From an uncultured Erysipelotrichaceae bacterium (GTDB lineage Bacteria > Bacillota_I > Bacilli_A > Erysipelotrichales > Erysipelotrichaceae): a stretch of 64,000 bases of DNA. This document shows positions 1-10,217 of this stretch, in pieces. Positions within the stretch are counted from its first letter, which is position 1; every line of letters starts with the position of its first letter. The position numbers and the translations under genes were made by a program. The stretch covers positions 14,231-78,230 of the forward strand of contig CACYXJ010000002.1 in assembly GCA_902778375.1 (NCBI GenBank), read 5' to 3'. The notes beneath the pieces were generated by a model. The model was not told the DNA's origin. It searched no databases and worked only from the letters and a program-made list of their open reading frames with translations.

Positions 1-2
1 AG

Positions 3-452
3 GTTGCTCTGCAGATGCTGCCGCAGATCCGTCTGGTTCAGAACAACGACACTCTGATGACAGAAAAGATCCAGAGCACACTGGTCAACACGATCCCGCT
101 GTGGAAGAACCAGATCGTTCTGTCCCTCGGTATCCAGCACTCCAAGGAAGCTCTTGAAGCAGAGCGCGAAGTCACCAACATGACCAACGACCTGCTCAAG
201 AAGAATGCCGAAACACTGCACCAGGCTACAGTTGAAACAGCCCGTGAGAGCGAAAGAGGTATCGTCGATATCGAAACTCTCCAGCATACGAACGAGCAGC
301 TGATCAGCACCCTGGACGAAGTGCTTGCCATTCAGAAGGAAGGCCACGAGAAGCGCGAAGCTGCCGAACTCGAACTGAGAAGAATCGAGAACCAGCTGAC
401 CGACAAACTTCTGGAAATCAACAACGAAAGAGACATTACCAAGAGAAAGTAA
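3..452 (+). CDS. Toxic anion resistance protein (TelA/YaaN family), 5' truncated
   Basis: Frame open from window edge; C-terminal TelA pattern 'NTIPLWKNQIVLSLG...TNDLLKKNAETLHQATVETARESERGIVDIETL'. Confidence 0.85.
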   Translation, partial: VALQMLPQIRLVQNNDTLMTEKIQSTLVNTIPLWKNQIVLSLGIQHSKEALEAEREVTNMTNDLLKKNAETLHQATVETARESERGIVDIETLQHTNEQLISTLDEVLAIQKEGHEKREAAELELRRIENQLTDKLLEINNERDITKRK

Positions 453-472
453 TCTCAAAAATTAACAGAACA

Positions 473-505
473 AAAAGCAGATCCTGTATTCCGGGATCTG
501 CTTTT
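473..505 (+). terminator. Intrinsic terminator after telA
   Basis: AAAAGCAGATCC / GGATCTGCTTTT inverted repeat with T tail. Confidence 0.75.
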
Positions 506-512
506 GCGTCTG

Positions 513-538
513 AAAAAAAACCATGACCAGAGTCATGG
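513..538 (-). terminator. Intrinsic terminator of the L,D-transpeptidase gene
   Basis: CCATGAC-caga-GTCATGG hairpin preceded by A8 (T8 on minus strand), just past the stop at 547. Confidence 0.65.
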
Positions 539-546
539 CATCATGC

Positions 547-1731
547 TTACCAGGGATTTTCCGGATCAGGATCTGTCGGATCCCAGCCGCGGTTGGGAGA
601 GTCAGGATCGATCCAGATCGAGCCGGGTTTGCCGAGCGGACCGGGAGAATCCCAGTCATCATACAGTTCGACCGTCGTGCCGATCGGACAGTTGTTGAAG
701 ATCCACATGGCATCTCTTACGCAAAGACGGATACAGCCCATCGAGGCAGCTGTTCCCAGCTTGTTGTATTCGTTGAATTCCAGGTCACCCTTGTCCTGGG
801 TATAGTAGGGAACAGAATGGAACAGGATATCGCCGACAATGTCTGTGACATACTGGCCATAGCAGGGACCGTAGAGCAGCCGCCAGTAGCTCTTGTTGAA
901 AGTGCGGTACGTGCCTAACGGTGTCGCGGCTCCGGTAGAGCAGACAAAGGCGGTATAGGGGACGGAGTAATTGCCGTCGTCGCCCTGGGTATAGACGGTC
1001 ACGGTATTCAGTGCCCGGTTGATGCGGATATAGTAAGGATAATCGGAAGATGCAGGTGTTTCTGCCGGTGTTTCGATAACCGCCGGTTTTGGCTTTTCCG
1101 CCACATAGACAGAATAGGAGGATTCACTTTCGTTGCCGTGGTTGTCACGGGCTTTGACCGTCACGGTATATTCGCCGGGAACGGAAGGGTCGAAGTCGCT
1201 GACAACCGTATAGGAACTGTCTTTGAGTTCCTCGCTTTGCGACAGATTTCCTTCCACCGGATCAGTGACTTTGGTCAGGTTGGAAAGAATATCAAAGTCA
1301 TCGCCTTCCGTCAGCTCGATCTCTTCCGATTCAAAGGAAATTTCCGGTGCTCTGGTATCTTTTACCGTAAACTGGCGGGGGAAGTCCTTCCATGCCCGCT
1401 GTCCGTATTCATCCCTTGCGGATACCCGGTAGGTAATGTCATAGACACCCGGTTCCAGGGTGTTGACCACACCGTAATAGGAAACCTTTCCGGTGCTTTC
1501 CTGTACAGGGGAAAGACGGTCCAGATTGGCTCCGTATTCCACCGTAAAGAGATCTTCATCCACCTTCAGATCCAGTGTCGCTGCCGTCTTTGCCAGGGAA
1601 GCTTCCATGGCTTCCATCCGCTTGATATTGTTGAATATCACAAAGCCGGTTACAGCCGCGACCGCAAAGAGTACAACAAACGGCACCGCCATCCAGGTAC
1701 GTGCCTTTTTTTTCAGTCTTCTTTTACCCAT
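547..1731 (-). CDS. Membrane-anchored L,D-transpeptidase (YkuD family) with two Ig-like repeats
   Basis: N-terminal TM; two 'G.Y.(I/V)T...D..GN' Ig-like repeats; YkuD catalytic motif 'LFHS...ASMGCIRL'. Confidence 0.85.
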   Translation of the reverse strand: MGKRRLKKKARTWMAVPFVVLFAVAAVTGFVIFNNIKRMEAMEASLAKTAATLDLKVDEDLFTVEYGANLDRLSPVQESTGKVSYYGVVNTLEPGVYDITYRVSARDEYGQRAWKDFPRQFTVKDTRAPEISFESEEIELTEGDDFDILSNLTKVTDPVEGNLSQSEELKDSSYTVVSDFDPSVPGEYTVTVKARDNHGNESESSYSVYVAEKPKPAVIETPAETPASSDYPYYIRINRALNTVTVYTQGDDGNYSVPYTAFVCSTGAATPLGTYRTFNKSYWRLLYGPCYGQYVTDIVGDILFHSVPYYTQDKGDLEFNEYNKLGTAASMGCIRLCVRDAMWIFNNCPIGTTVELYDDWDSPGPLGKPGSIWIDPDSPNRGWDPTDPDPENPW

Positions 1732-1789
1732 GTGTAATCATTATAGACAGAAACGTGGAAAAAAACAGTTGAAACAACATTCGTGTATA

Positions 1790-2659
1790 ATGAAAACCGT
1801 GAACAGAAAAAAGACAACAGTCAGAAAGAGAAGAAAAAGAAGAGCCGGACCGGGTACGTATCTGATCCTGGCTTTCCTTGTGTTTGCGCTGACGACCAGA
1901 GTCTATGGCTGTGTGCGCCGGGAAAGAGAAACCCGGGAAGCAGAAGCAACGACGGTCACGGTTCCGTATGTCTATCACGATTACGACTTTTCCAACCTGG
2001 ACTGGAACTGGCCTTTTGTCAGTTATGAAGATGAAAACTACACCTCCCGCCAGGGAATCGATGTCTCCATGCACCAGGAGGAAATCGACTGGGACAAGGT
2101 GGCGGAACAAGGCATAGATTTCGCCATTATCCGCTGCGGCTACCGCGGCTATATGTACGGAGATGTATGGGAGGATCCCTACTTCCATGACAACATGATG
2201 GGAGCCATCCGCAACAATATTGATATCGGCGTCTATTTCTTCTCGCAGGCAATGAATGAAGATGAAGCCAGGGAAGAAGCCGACTTTGTCATCCGCATGT
2301 TAAGGAATTACGAAATCGATCTGCCGGTTGTCTTCGACATGGAAGACTCGGTGGACGGCCATCCCGCCAGGATCGTCGAAGCAGACCGTTTCGACCGGAC
2401 AGTCGCAGCGGTAACGTTCCTGCACCATCTGCAGAATGCCGGTTACGAGGTCATGGTCTATAACAGTTCGCTGCTGTTCGATCAGATTTTCATGGCGGAA
2501 TATCTGCAGGAATTTGATACCTGGGTGGCGGATTATTCCTATGCCCCGCAATATCCCTATCAGTTCTCCATCTGGCAGTACACCAGCGAAGGCAATGTGG
2601 AAGGTATTGAAGGCGGAACCGATATGGATATCATGTTCGTGCCGAAGAACGGAAACTAA
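1790..2659 (+). CDS. GH25 family lysozyme/muramidase with N-terminal membrane anchor
   Basis: 'GIDVSMHQEEIDWDKV', 'FAIIRCGYRGY', 'VFDME' (DxE), 'WQYTSEG'. Start moved to ATG 1790 because the ORF-track extension overlaps the divergent gene. Confidence 0.85.
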   Translation: MKTVNRKKTTVRKRRKRRAGPGTYLILAFLVFALTTRVYGCVRRERETREAEATTVTVPYVYHDYDFSNLDWNWPFVSYEDENYTSRQGIDVSMHQEEIDWDKVAEQGIDFAIIRCGYRGYMYGDVWEDPYFHDNMMGAIRNNIDIGVYFFSQAMNEDEAREEADFVIRMLRNYEIDLPVVFDMEDSVDGHPARIVEADRFDRTVAAVTFLHHLQNAGYEVMVYNSSLLFDQIFMAEYLQEFDTWVADYSYAPQYPYQFSIWQYTSEGNVEGIEGGTDMDIMFVPKNGN

Positions 2660-2692
2660 AAGAGTCTTGATCGTTCTGTAATATACAGACAG

Positions 2693-3298
2693 TCAGACTC
2701 TTTTTTCGATATATACGGTTTCAATGAAGACTGCTTCGACCGTGCCTTTGGATATATTGCGGATATTCTCGGGAATGTCCTTTTTTTCTGTCGCGAAAGT
2801 ACAGGTGACTTCGCTGTCATAGCTGAGATCCTGTATTTCGGTATTGCGGCGCAGCCAGTTTTCCAGACTTCCCGACATGTCATAGGGATAGGTGACCTGC
2901 CAGATGTCCACCGGGACGGATTCGGTCTTCGGGGCATTGGCCAGAGCCGAGGCGACAGCCCCGGAGTAGGCTCTGATCAGACCGCCGGCGCCAAGCTTGA
3001 TACCGCCGAAATAACGGACGACACAGGCGACGACATCGCTGAGGCCGCTTTTGCGGATGCTCTCCAGCATCGGCACGCCGGCAGTTCCGGAAGGTTCCTT
3101 GTTGTCGGAAGAGCGCTGGATCATGTTGTTTTCGCCCAGCATGTAGGCGGTACAGACATGAGAGGCGTCAGGGTACTCCTTGCGGATCTTTTCGATATAT
3201 TCCCGTGCTTCCTCTTCGCTCAGTGCCCGGTTGACGCAGGCAATGAAGCGGGATCTGTTGATCACGGTTTCTTCCCGGTATTCTTTTTCCAGTCTCAT
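2693..3298 (-). CDS. YigZ/IMPACT family protein
   Basis: 'SRFIA', 'ASHVCTAY', 'SSDNKEPSGTAGVPML', 'RYFGGIKLGAGGLIRAY'. Confidence 0.9.
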   Translation of the reverse strand: MRLEKEYREETVINRSRFIACVNRALSEEEAREYIEKIRKEYPDASHVCTAYMLGENNMIQRSSDNKEPSGTAGVPMLESIRKSGLSDVVACVVRYFGGIKLGAGGLIRAYSGAVASALANAPKTESVPVDIWQVTYPYDMSGSLENWLRRNTEIQDLSYDSEVTCTFATEKKDIPENIRNISKGTVEAVFIETVYIEKRV

Positions 3299-3375
3299 AT
3301 ATAAAAAATAACGTACTTTGCTTCAACTGACAACTGAACCGGAAGTCGGTATAATGGAGAAACGGAGGCGGACTT

Positions 3376-6270
3376 ATGGAAATCACGCAGGGAAAAACGA
3401 TTCACGGCTTTCAGGTGACAAATGTCAGGGAACTGGAAGACTGTGACGGTGTGCTGTATGAAATGCAGCATGAAAAAACCGGAGGACAGCTTTGCTGGCT
3501 GAAGCGGGACGACCGCAACAAGACGTTCGCGATCACTTTCAAGACACTGCCGCAGGATGATACCGGAGTATTTCATATTCTGGAACATTCCGTACTGAAC
3601 GGCTCCAGGAAATATCCCGTCAGGGAACCGTTTGTGGAACTGCTCAAGGGCAGTCTGCAGACCTTCCTGAATGCTTTTACCTATCCCGATAAGACAATGT
3701 ACCCGGTTGCTTCCCGCAATGACAAGGATTTCATGAATCTGATATCCGTCTATATGGATGCGGTTTTTCATCCGGCAATCTATGAGAATCCCAATATCTT
3801 TTACCAGGAAGGCTGGCATTATGAGATCCGGGACAAGGACGAACAGCCGGTATACAAAGGTGTCGTGCTGAATGAAATGAAGGGAGCGTTCTCTTCTGTC
3901 GACGAAACGCTGGTAGATGCCTTCAACCGCAGACTGTTTCCGGACAACTGCTACCGGTTTGTTTCCGGCGGCGATCCGGCGGCGATTACCGATCTTTCCT
4001 ACGAGCAGGCGCTGGCAACACACGGCAGGTTCTACCATCCTTCCAATTCCAGGGTCTTCCTGGATGGTGATATGGATATCGAAAAGGTGCTTGCCTTTAT
4101 CGATGATGAATACTTTTCCCATTATGAAAAGGAAGACATGAACTTTGATATCGCCATGCAGAAGGAAACACCGGCTCAGAAATACGAATATGAATATGAA
4201 ATCGCGGCTGATGAAGATGAAGCGGATAAAACGCAGATCGCGATGGGCCGGATCGTGTCGACATTCGACAATTATGAGAAGAATGTTGCCTGGAGCGCTC
4301 TGGCATCAATTCTGGTGTCCAATAACGATTCGCCTTTGAAGAAAGAAATCATTGACCGCGGACTCGGTCAGGACGTGGAACTGGAACTGTTTGACGGTAT
4401 CCAGCAGCCGTGGGTCATTCTGAATGTCCGCAATACAAATACGGACCGGTATGATGAAGTCACGGAAACGATCAAACGGACCGCGAAGAAACTGGTCGAA
4501 GAAGGTCTGCCGCATGAGCAGATCACAGCTGCGCTTAACCAGATGGAATTCCGTTACCGCGAAAAGCGGGAACCGGCAGGGTTGATGTACGGCCAGCGGG
4601 CAATGGATGCCTGGCTGTATGACGGTGATCCGGCAACCTATCTGTGCCTTTCCGGAATCTTTGAAACATTGCGGCAGAAGACGGAAGAGGGATACTTTGA
4701 GGAACTTCTGAGAGAATTCCTGCTGGACGAGGAACATCTCTGCACCGTTGTCGCTGTTCCTTCCCGGACAATGGCGGAAAAACGGCTGGCGAAGGAAAGA
4801 GAAAAACTGCAGGCAGCCAGGGAAAACTGGCCGGATGTTCAGGAATATATTGATCTGAACCTTGCGCTGGATCAGTGGCAGGAAGAAGGCGACAGTGAAG
4901 AAGCGCTGGCAACACTGCCGAAGCTGACACTGAATGATCTGAATGACATGCCGGAGGATGAACCGTTTGCGGAAACAAAGATCCGCGGTGTTCCGGTGAT
5001 CGTTCATCCATCGGAAAAATCCGGCATTGTTTATATGAACCTTTATTTCAATCTGGCCGGACTCAGACGTGAAGATCTGCCGTCACTGGGACTGTATGCC
5101 GGACTGTTCATGAATCTTCCGACGAAGAGGAAAACTGTGGAACAGCTGCAGGAAGCGATCCGCCGGGATCTCGGCGGACTGAATGTGTTCCTTGATGCCT
5201 GTTCGATGAAACAGGACAACAAGCGGGTTCTTCCGATGCTTGGCGTCAGTTGTTCGGTATTGGAGAAGAATCTGGATACGGCAGTTGAACTGATTCTGGA
5301 AGTTCTGCAGGAAACGGTCTTCGACAAGGACAGGATCCTGCCGCTTCTGAAACAGGACAACGAGGATTTCCGCCAGTCCCTGATTATGAACGGCCATGCC
5401 CTCGCCATGCGCAGGGCTTCCGCTCATTACAGCGGTGAAGGTGTCTTCCGCGAATATGTCGGTGGTATTGCCTCGGGTATCCATGACCGTGATCTGGAAG
5501 CTCATTATGAAGAAAAGATCGGCGAATTCCTGAACGAATGCGATATGTACAGCGACGTACTGTTTGCCGGTGACAGGCTGACCGTCAGTATTACCGGCGA
5601 GCATGAGGACGCATTGCTGAAACTGATTGAACGGCTGCACCGTTACGACGCCAACCGGGCACTGGTGCATTATCCAATGCTGCAGGATCCGAAGGAAGCG
5701 GTTGTCATACCGGCCGGCATTTCCTACAGTGCTGTCATCGGCAATCTGCTGGACCAGGGCGGTCAATTCAAACCGCATCTGCATGTCATTTCCCAGGCGC
5801 TGACATATGACTATCTCTGGAGCGAAGTCAGAGTCAAGGGCGGAGCTTACGGAACCGGCTTCAGCACCAATCCAAACGGGAACAGCGGGGCATATTCCTA
5901 CCGCGATCCTGATCCGCTGCGCACCCTGCAGGTCTTTGCCGGCATTCCGGAATATATCCGCACCTTCGGGGAAACGCAGGATATCACCCAGCTGATCATC
6001 GGAACCATTGCGGCAACTGAACCATTGCTTTCACCGGCTGCGAAGGTCCGGGTCAAGGACATCAGATACTTCCGGCATGTGACATATGAGGAGAGACTGG
6101 AAGTCAGACGTTCGATCTGCAGTATGGATACGGAGACCTTCCGCAGTTATGCCGGCCTGTATGAGAAAGTTCTGGAACATCCCGCAGTCTGTGTGATCGG
6201 GGCAAAAGAAACGATTGACCTGCTGCCGGAGGATTTCACGGAGATCAGATTCGATGACTTTGACGAGTAA
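3376..6270 (+). CDS. Insulinase-family M16C metallopeptidase (PreP-like)
   Basis: Inverted zinc motif 'HILEH', 'FLNAFTYPDKTMYP', 'EVRVKGGAYG'; TATAAT and GGAGG upstream. Confidence 0.9.
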   Translation: MEITQGKTIHGFQVTNVRELEDCDGVLYEMQHEKTGGQLCWLKRDDRNKTFAITFKTLPQDDTGVFHILEHSVLNGSRKYPVREPFVELLKGSLQTFLNAFTYPDKTMYPVASRNDKDFMNLISVYMDAVFHPAIYENPNIFYQEGWHYEIRDKDEQPVYKGVVLNEMKGAFSSVDETLVDAFNRRLFPDNCYRFVSGGDPAAITDLSYEQALATHGRFYHPSNSRVFLDGDMDIEKVLAFIDDEYFSHYEKEDMNFDIAMQKETPAQKYEYEYEIAADEDEADKTQIAMGRIVSTFDNYEKNVAWSALASILVSNNDSPLKKEIIDRGLGQDVELELFDGIQQPWVILNVRNTNTDRYDEVTETIKRTAKKLVEEGLPHEQITAALNQMEFRYREKREPAGLMYGQRAMDAWLYDGDPATYLCLSGIFETLRQKTEEGYFEELLREFLLDEEHLCTVVAVPSRTMAEKRLAKEREKLQAARENWPDVQEYIDLNLALDQWQEEGDSEEALATLPKLTLNDLNDMPEDEPFAETKIRGVPVIVHPSEKSGIVYMNLYFNLAGLRREDLPSLGLYAGLFMNLPTKRKTVEQLQEAIRRDLGGLNVFLDACSMKQDNKRVLPMLGVSCSVLEKNLDTAVELILEVLQETVFDKDRILPLLKQDNEDFRQSLIMNGHALAMRRASAHYSGEGVFREYVGGIASGIHDRDLEAHYEEKIGEFLNECDMYSDVLFAGDRLTVSITGEHEDALLKLIERLHRYDANRALVHYPMLQDPKEAVVIPAGISYSAVIGNLLDQGGQFKPHLHVISQALTYDYLWSEVRVKGGAYGTGFSTNPNGNSGAYSYRDPDPLRTLQVFAGIPEYIRTFGETQDITQLIIGTIAATEPLLSPAAKVRVKDIRYFRHVTYEERLEVRRSICSMDTETFRSYAGLYEKVLEHPAVCVIGAKETIDLLPEDFTEIRFDDFDE

Positions 6271-6856
6271 GCTCAAAGACGGCAATGAAAACCTGATCGT
6301 TTTCATCTGCGGCGAAGAATACGAAGAACTGCTGCACAAGGGCAGAAAAGAAAGTTTTCTGATCATCAAGGCAGATGACTGGAACAGGGATCTTTCTCCC
6401 TGGCCGGCGCAGCGGGTCTTTAAAAAAGGGGAAGACTTCGCCGGCGGGGCAGATGAGACAATCGATGAGCTGCTGCGGATGCTGGAACCATACAGAAACC
6501 GGTTCCGGACAATCGCAATAACCGGCTATTCACTGGCCGGACTGTTCGCGCTCTATACCTGTACGAAAACGGAGGTCTTTGACTATTGTCTTTCGATCTC
6601 CGGATCACTGTGGTATCCGGGCTGGACCGAATACCTGAAAAACCATCCGGTACATTGCAAAAGGGTATATCTTTCCCTGGGCGATACGGAAAAGAACACC
6701 CGCAATCCGCTGATGGCCACAGTGGAAGACAATACCCGCAAAACAGAAGAAATACTGAAGGAATATACGGAAGTGATCCTGGAAATGAATCCGGGCAATC
6801 ACTTCAATGATCCGGCAGGAAGAATAATCAGGGGAATTCAGAAGCTCTTTGCTTGA
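6254..6856 (+). CDS. Alpha/beta hydrolase (putative esterase)
   Basis: Nucleophile elbow 'GYSLAG', 'SGSLWYPG', C-terminal 'GNHF'. ATG 6254 chosen, overlapping the peptidase stop. Confidence 0.75.
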   Translation: MTLTSKLKDGNENLIVFICGEEYEELLHKGRKESFLIIKADDWNRDLSPWPAQRVFKKGEDFAGGADETIDELLRMLEPYRNRFRTIAITGYSLAGLFALYTCTKTEVFDYCLSISGSLWYPGWTEYLKNHPVHCKRVYLSLGDTEKNTRNPLMATVEDNTRKTEEILKEYTEVILEMNPGNHFNDPAGRIIRGIQKLFA

Positions 6857-6880
6857 ATTCTCCTTTCTTTTCTGAAATAA

Positions 6881-6895
6881 TGAGAATGAATCTCA
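6881..6895. promoter_or_regulatory. Fur-family (Fur/Per) box, 7-1-7
   Basis: TGAGAAT-G-AATCTCA (1 mismatch from a perfect inverted repeat) immediately upstream of the fur/perR RBS. Confidence 0.55.
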
Positions 6896-6907
6896 ATAAG
6901 GAGTGCT

Positions 6908-7306
6908 ATGCAGAGAAGACATACGCGCCAGAAACAGATCATTCAGAGTATCATCGAAGGTCCGGGAAAGCACATGACAGCCGAGGAAGTGGCTGCTGTT
7001 CTGAAAGAAACGGAACCGGGAATCGGCATGGCGACTGTTTACCGGAATCTGAATGTTCTGTGCGAAGAAGGCATCATTCAGAAGATCTGTGAAAGAGGAC
7101 ACAGTTTTTATGACGGCAATCCCATGCCGCATGATCATCTGTACTGCTGCAGCTGCGGCTCTGTCTTTGACATCGACGCACCCTATGACCAGGAAGCGGA
7201 CAAAAAAACCGCGGCAGGAACAGGGGCAAGAATTATCCGCCACAGCACGGCCTTTGAAGGGATCTGTAAAAACTGTCTGAGTAAGGAGGAAAGACAATGG
7301 AATTGA
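6908..7306 (+). CDS. Fur-family transcriptional regulator (PerR-like)
   Basis: 'HMTAEEV', 'ATVYRNL', '[10 protein letters not shown]', 'CKNC'; coupled to rubrerythrin. Confidence 0.85.
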   Translation: MQRRHTRQKQIIQSIIEGPGKHMTAEEVAAVLKETEPGIGMATVYRNLNVLCEEGIIQKICERGHSFYDGNPMPHDHLYCCSCGSVFDIDAPYDQEADKKTAAGTGARIIRHSTAFEGICKNCLSKEERQWN

Positions 7307-7836
7307 AAGGCTCAAAGACTGAGAAGAATCTGCAGGACGCATTTGCCGGTGAAAGCCAGGCACGCAACAAGTACACATACTTTGCTGAAAAGGCACGTGA
7401 GGAAGGTTACGAACAGATTGCGAATATCTTCCTTGAAACAGCCCGCAACGAACAGGAACATGCCAAGAAATGGTTCGAAGCTCTCCATGGCGGAGCTGTT
7501 CCGACAACAGCCGAGAATCTGCAGGCAGGTATCGACGGGGAAAACGAAGAATGGACAGACATGTACAAGAGAATGGCTGCCGAAGCACGTGAAGAAGGCT
7601 TCACCCGCATCGCTGCCCAGATGGACATGGTTGCCAAGGTGGAAAAGGATCATGAGGAAAGATACCAGAAACTGCTGGATAACCTCAAAGCTGAAAAGGT
7701 TTTCTCCAAGGATGAGGAAGTTGTCTGGATCTGCGAGATCTGCGGCTACACAATGACCGGCAAGAATGCCCCGAAGGTCTGCCCGCTGTGCGGATATAAG
7801 GGATCCTTCTTCGAAGTCAAAAAGGAAAACTACTGA
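7297..7836 (+). CDS. rbr: Rubrerythrin
   Basis: '[12 protein letters not shown]', di-iron ExxH motifs, C-terminal rubredoxin 'WICEICG...CPLCG'. Confidence 0.95.
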   Translation: MELKGSKTEKNLQDAFAGESQARNKYTYFAEKAREEGYEQIANIFLETARNEQEHAKKWFEALHGGAVPTTAENLQAGIDGENEEWTDMYKRMAAEAREEGFTRIAAQMDMVAKVEKDHEERYQKLLDNLKAEKVFSKDEEVVWICEICGYTMTGKNAPKVCPLCGYKGSFFEVKKENY

Positions 7837-7848
7837 GATACGCCAGTC

Positions 7849-7883
7849 AGGCTGTGACAGTGAAAACTGACACAGCCTTTTCT
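7849..7883 (+). terminator. Terminator after rbr
   Basis: AGGCTGTG...CACAGCCT hairpin followed by TTTT. Confidence 0.65.
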
Positions 7884-7899
7884 TGTTGAAAAAACAGAT

Positions 7900-8154
7900 T
7901 CACCCGGAATCTGTTTCATTGTGATCAGGTTCTGTATCCGGAATTTCGCAGGATCCGGAATCAGATGTTTCAATTGTTTCCGCGGCTTCTGTTCCGGCAG
8001 GAGCGTTTTCTTCTGCTTTGATACCGTAGACCGTTTCCCTTTGTTTCCTTGCCGTCTCCATGACGGAGGCTGTGATATTCCTGCGCTTTTCCTCCTCTGA
8101 TACGGTCAGAAGGCGGAATCTTTTAAACAGGGCTTTTCTTTTCTTCCTGCTCAT
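7900..8154 (-). CDS. Hypothetical protein (basic N-terminus, acidic C-terminus)
   Basis: Strong RBS (AAAGGAG) on minus strand, 2 bp after the DUF885 stop. Confidence 0.55.
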   Translation of the reverse strand: MSRKKRKALFKRFRLLTVSEEEKRRNITASVMETARKQRETVYGIKAEENAPAGTEAAETIETSDSGSCEIPDTEPDHNETDSG

Positions 8155-8156
8155 GT

Positions 8157-10076
8157 TCAGTCTCCTTTATTACTCTTTCCGGTGATCTTGCGGATGATCC
8201 AGCGGATCAGCTTGAAGAGCAGCCAGAGAACAAGAACAGCAAGCAGGATAAGTGCGCCGATAATCAGCATGATGTGCTTGCTGACAAAGCTCACGATCGA
8301 GCCCATGGAGTTTTCCGTGGCTGACAGTTCAAACAGCTTGAAGTCTTTCACAAAAGTCTGTCCTTTGCCTTCCACATACTTCTGCAGGTCGCTTTCGACC
8401 ACCTCGAACGGACGGGGTCCATTGGTCAGGATCTGCAGGTGGAAGTCTTCGAGATTGAAGTCGTTGCCAAGAGAAGCGTGAACACGTTCGTTGTATTCCC
8501 ACATCTTGCACAGGCCGAATCCGTACGGCAGGATCTGGCCGGGAGCAGCAGAAACAGTATCGATAATCTCCTGGAGATCTTCTTCTTTCATTCCGCTGAA
8601 ACCGGCAGCTTCCATTGCGGCTGAGAGCTGCCTGGCATCATATCCGTAACCGTTGACCAGAATGTCGGCATATGCCTGCATTATATAGCCCAGATAGACA
8701 TTGCAGGAAAGGAACTCGCTGTCGTCAGTGCTGAGCGGGGAACGCAGCAGCATGATTCTTTCCACATACTGGGCCCAGCCCTCAGTATAACCGGTCGCGT
8801 TGATGGTATGGCGCAGGGGATTGATATCCTGACTGTAATACCAGGTAAACTGATACATATGACCGGGCAGGCCTTCATGCGCCAGCGTGTAATACAGAGT
8901 GTTGGGATCGTCATTGACGATTCCGCCGTTGATGCGGATGACATTGCTGGTAACATCATCGAGCGGGGTCGGCATGTAATATGCCATGATGGTCGGCTGG
9001 GCGACACTTGGATCCAGATAGGACGGGTAATAGACGATGTCCGGTCCTTTCGGGAAATCTTCCATATGTTCCGCCAGATAAGCCAGGTCTTCTTCCGGAT
9101 CATTGAAAGTATCGATCGTAACTCCGCCAAGGGAGTAATGGGAAATCGTGTAATCGAAAATGTCTGTCAGGCATTTGGCAAGATAATCCCTCTTTTCATC
9201 CAGGGAAATGCCGGAGGAACACTTATTGTTTGCCATTGCTTCATAGTATTCCCGGCCGTTTTCATATTCATAGACAGATCCTGTGACGCTGCGGCTTCCG
9301 CGCAGGGTCGCCAGTTCGTCTTTCGTGCTCAGGATCGCCGGATAGACGGTATTGAGAACAAGGTCACGGTTTCTTTCCTTATAAGAGGTCTTTTCTTCCT
9401 CGCTCAGGCCCGGCAGCTCATCGATTCTCTGGCTGTAGATGATGATCAGCGGGTTTTCTTCCTTCTTGTCGACGAAGTCCTGCATGGTTGTCAGCTGCTT
9501 GTCGAGCGCGGCATCCGTCATAAAGCAGCCTTTAGCCGCCTGCTGTCTGGTGAATTCCAGCATGTCTTTCAGCAGCCGCGGGAAGTCGGCTGTCAGGGTC
9601 AGATAGTCTTCGGCAGATTCCTTATCGTACAGCGTGAATTCTGTCATGTTGGTAATGACATCGCTGTATAGACCATTGTACGGACTGAAGCATTCATAAA
9701 AATCAGGATATTTATCAATGGCCAGATTGCATTGCAGATACCATTCATATGCCAGGTAGTCGTGCTGCTGTTTTTCGTTCAGGGCGTTGAAGTCGAACTG
9801 ATGCAGTCTGTCCAGCGACGCCTGAAAACGGGCAGCTTCCGCGGCGAAGGCTTCGTAGGAAGCATCCGGCAGCCGGACCGCCGGTTTTGTAAAGCCGAAC
9901 TTTTTGTAATCGATGACACCGAAATGGAATTCGGTATAATCACTGCTGTATATTTTCCGGTTCTCTTCCGTAAGGAAGGCATCGAAATCGTCTTCTGCCT
10001 TTACCGGAACGAAACATCCCAGCACCATGACAATGCTGAGCAGAAGGACGTGCAGTATACGGGTCGTTCTTTTCAT
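8157..10076 (-). CDS. DUF885 family protein (putative zinc metallopeptidase), signal peptide plus C-terminal TM anchor
   Basis: 'AHEGLPGHMYQ', 'EGWAQYVE', 'PGQILPYGFG'; RBS AGGAG. Confidence 0.8.
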   Translation of the reverse strand: MKRTTRILHVLLLSIVMVLGCFVPVKAEDDFDAFLTEENRKIYSSDYTEFHFGVIDYKKFGFTKPAVRLPDASYEAFAAEAARFQASLDRLHQFDFNALNEKQQHDYLAYEWYLQCNLAIDKYPDFYECFSPYNGLYSDVITNMTEFTLYDKESAEDYLTLTADFPRLLKDMLEFTRQQAAKGCFMTDAALDKQLTTMQDFVDKKEENPLIIIYSQRIDELPGLSEEEKTSYKERNRDLVLNTVYPAILSTKDELATLRGSRSVTGSVYEYENGREYYEAMANNKCSSGISLDEKRDYLAKCLTDIFDYTISHYSLGGVTIDTFNDPEEDLAYLAEHMEDFPKGPDIVYYPSYLDPSVAQPTIMAYYMPTPLDDVTSNVIRINGGIVNDDPNTLYYTLAHEGLPGHMYQFTWYYSQDINPLRHTINATGYTEGWAQYVERIMLLRSPLSTDDSEFLSCNVYLGYIMQAYADILVNGYGYDARQLSAAMEAAGFSGMKEEDLQEIIDTVSAAPGQILPYGFGLCKMWEYNERVHASLGNDFNLEDFHLQILTNGPRPFEVVESDLQKYVEGKGQTFVKDFKLFELSATENSMGSIVSFVSKHIMLIIGALILLAVLVLWLLFKLIRWIIRKITGKSNKGD

Positions 10077-10217
10077 ACAGGTGAATCTCCTTAAATGATC
10101 AGTAGTAGAATTCTGTTGCTGTAATTAATTATATGCCATAATAATGCTTAGTTTATTAATATAATGTCCTGCCGCCGGAAAAGAATTTCAGGACCGGCAG
10201 GCGGAAGGAGTATGCAT

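Noticed and set aside
1493-1789. N-terminal extension of the GH25 ORF
   Set aside because: It is the reverse strand of the transpeptidase 5' end; ATG 1790 gives a normal anchor.
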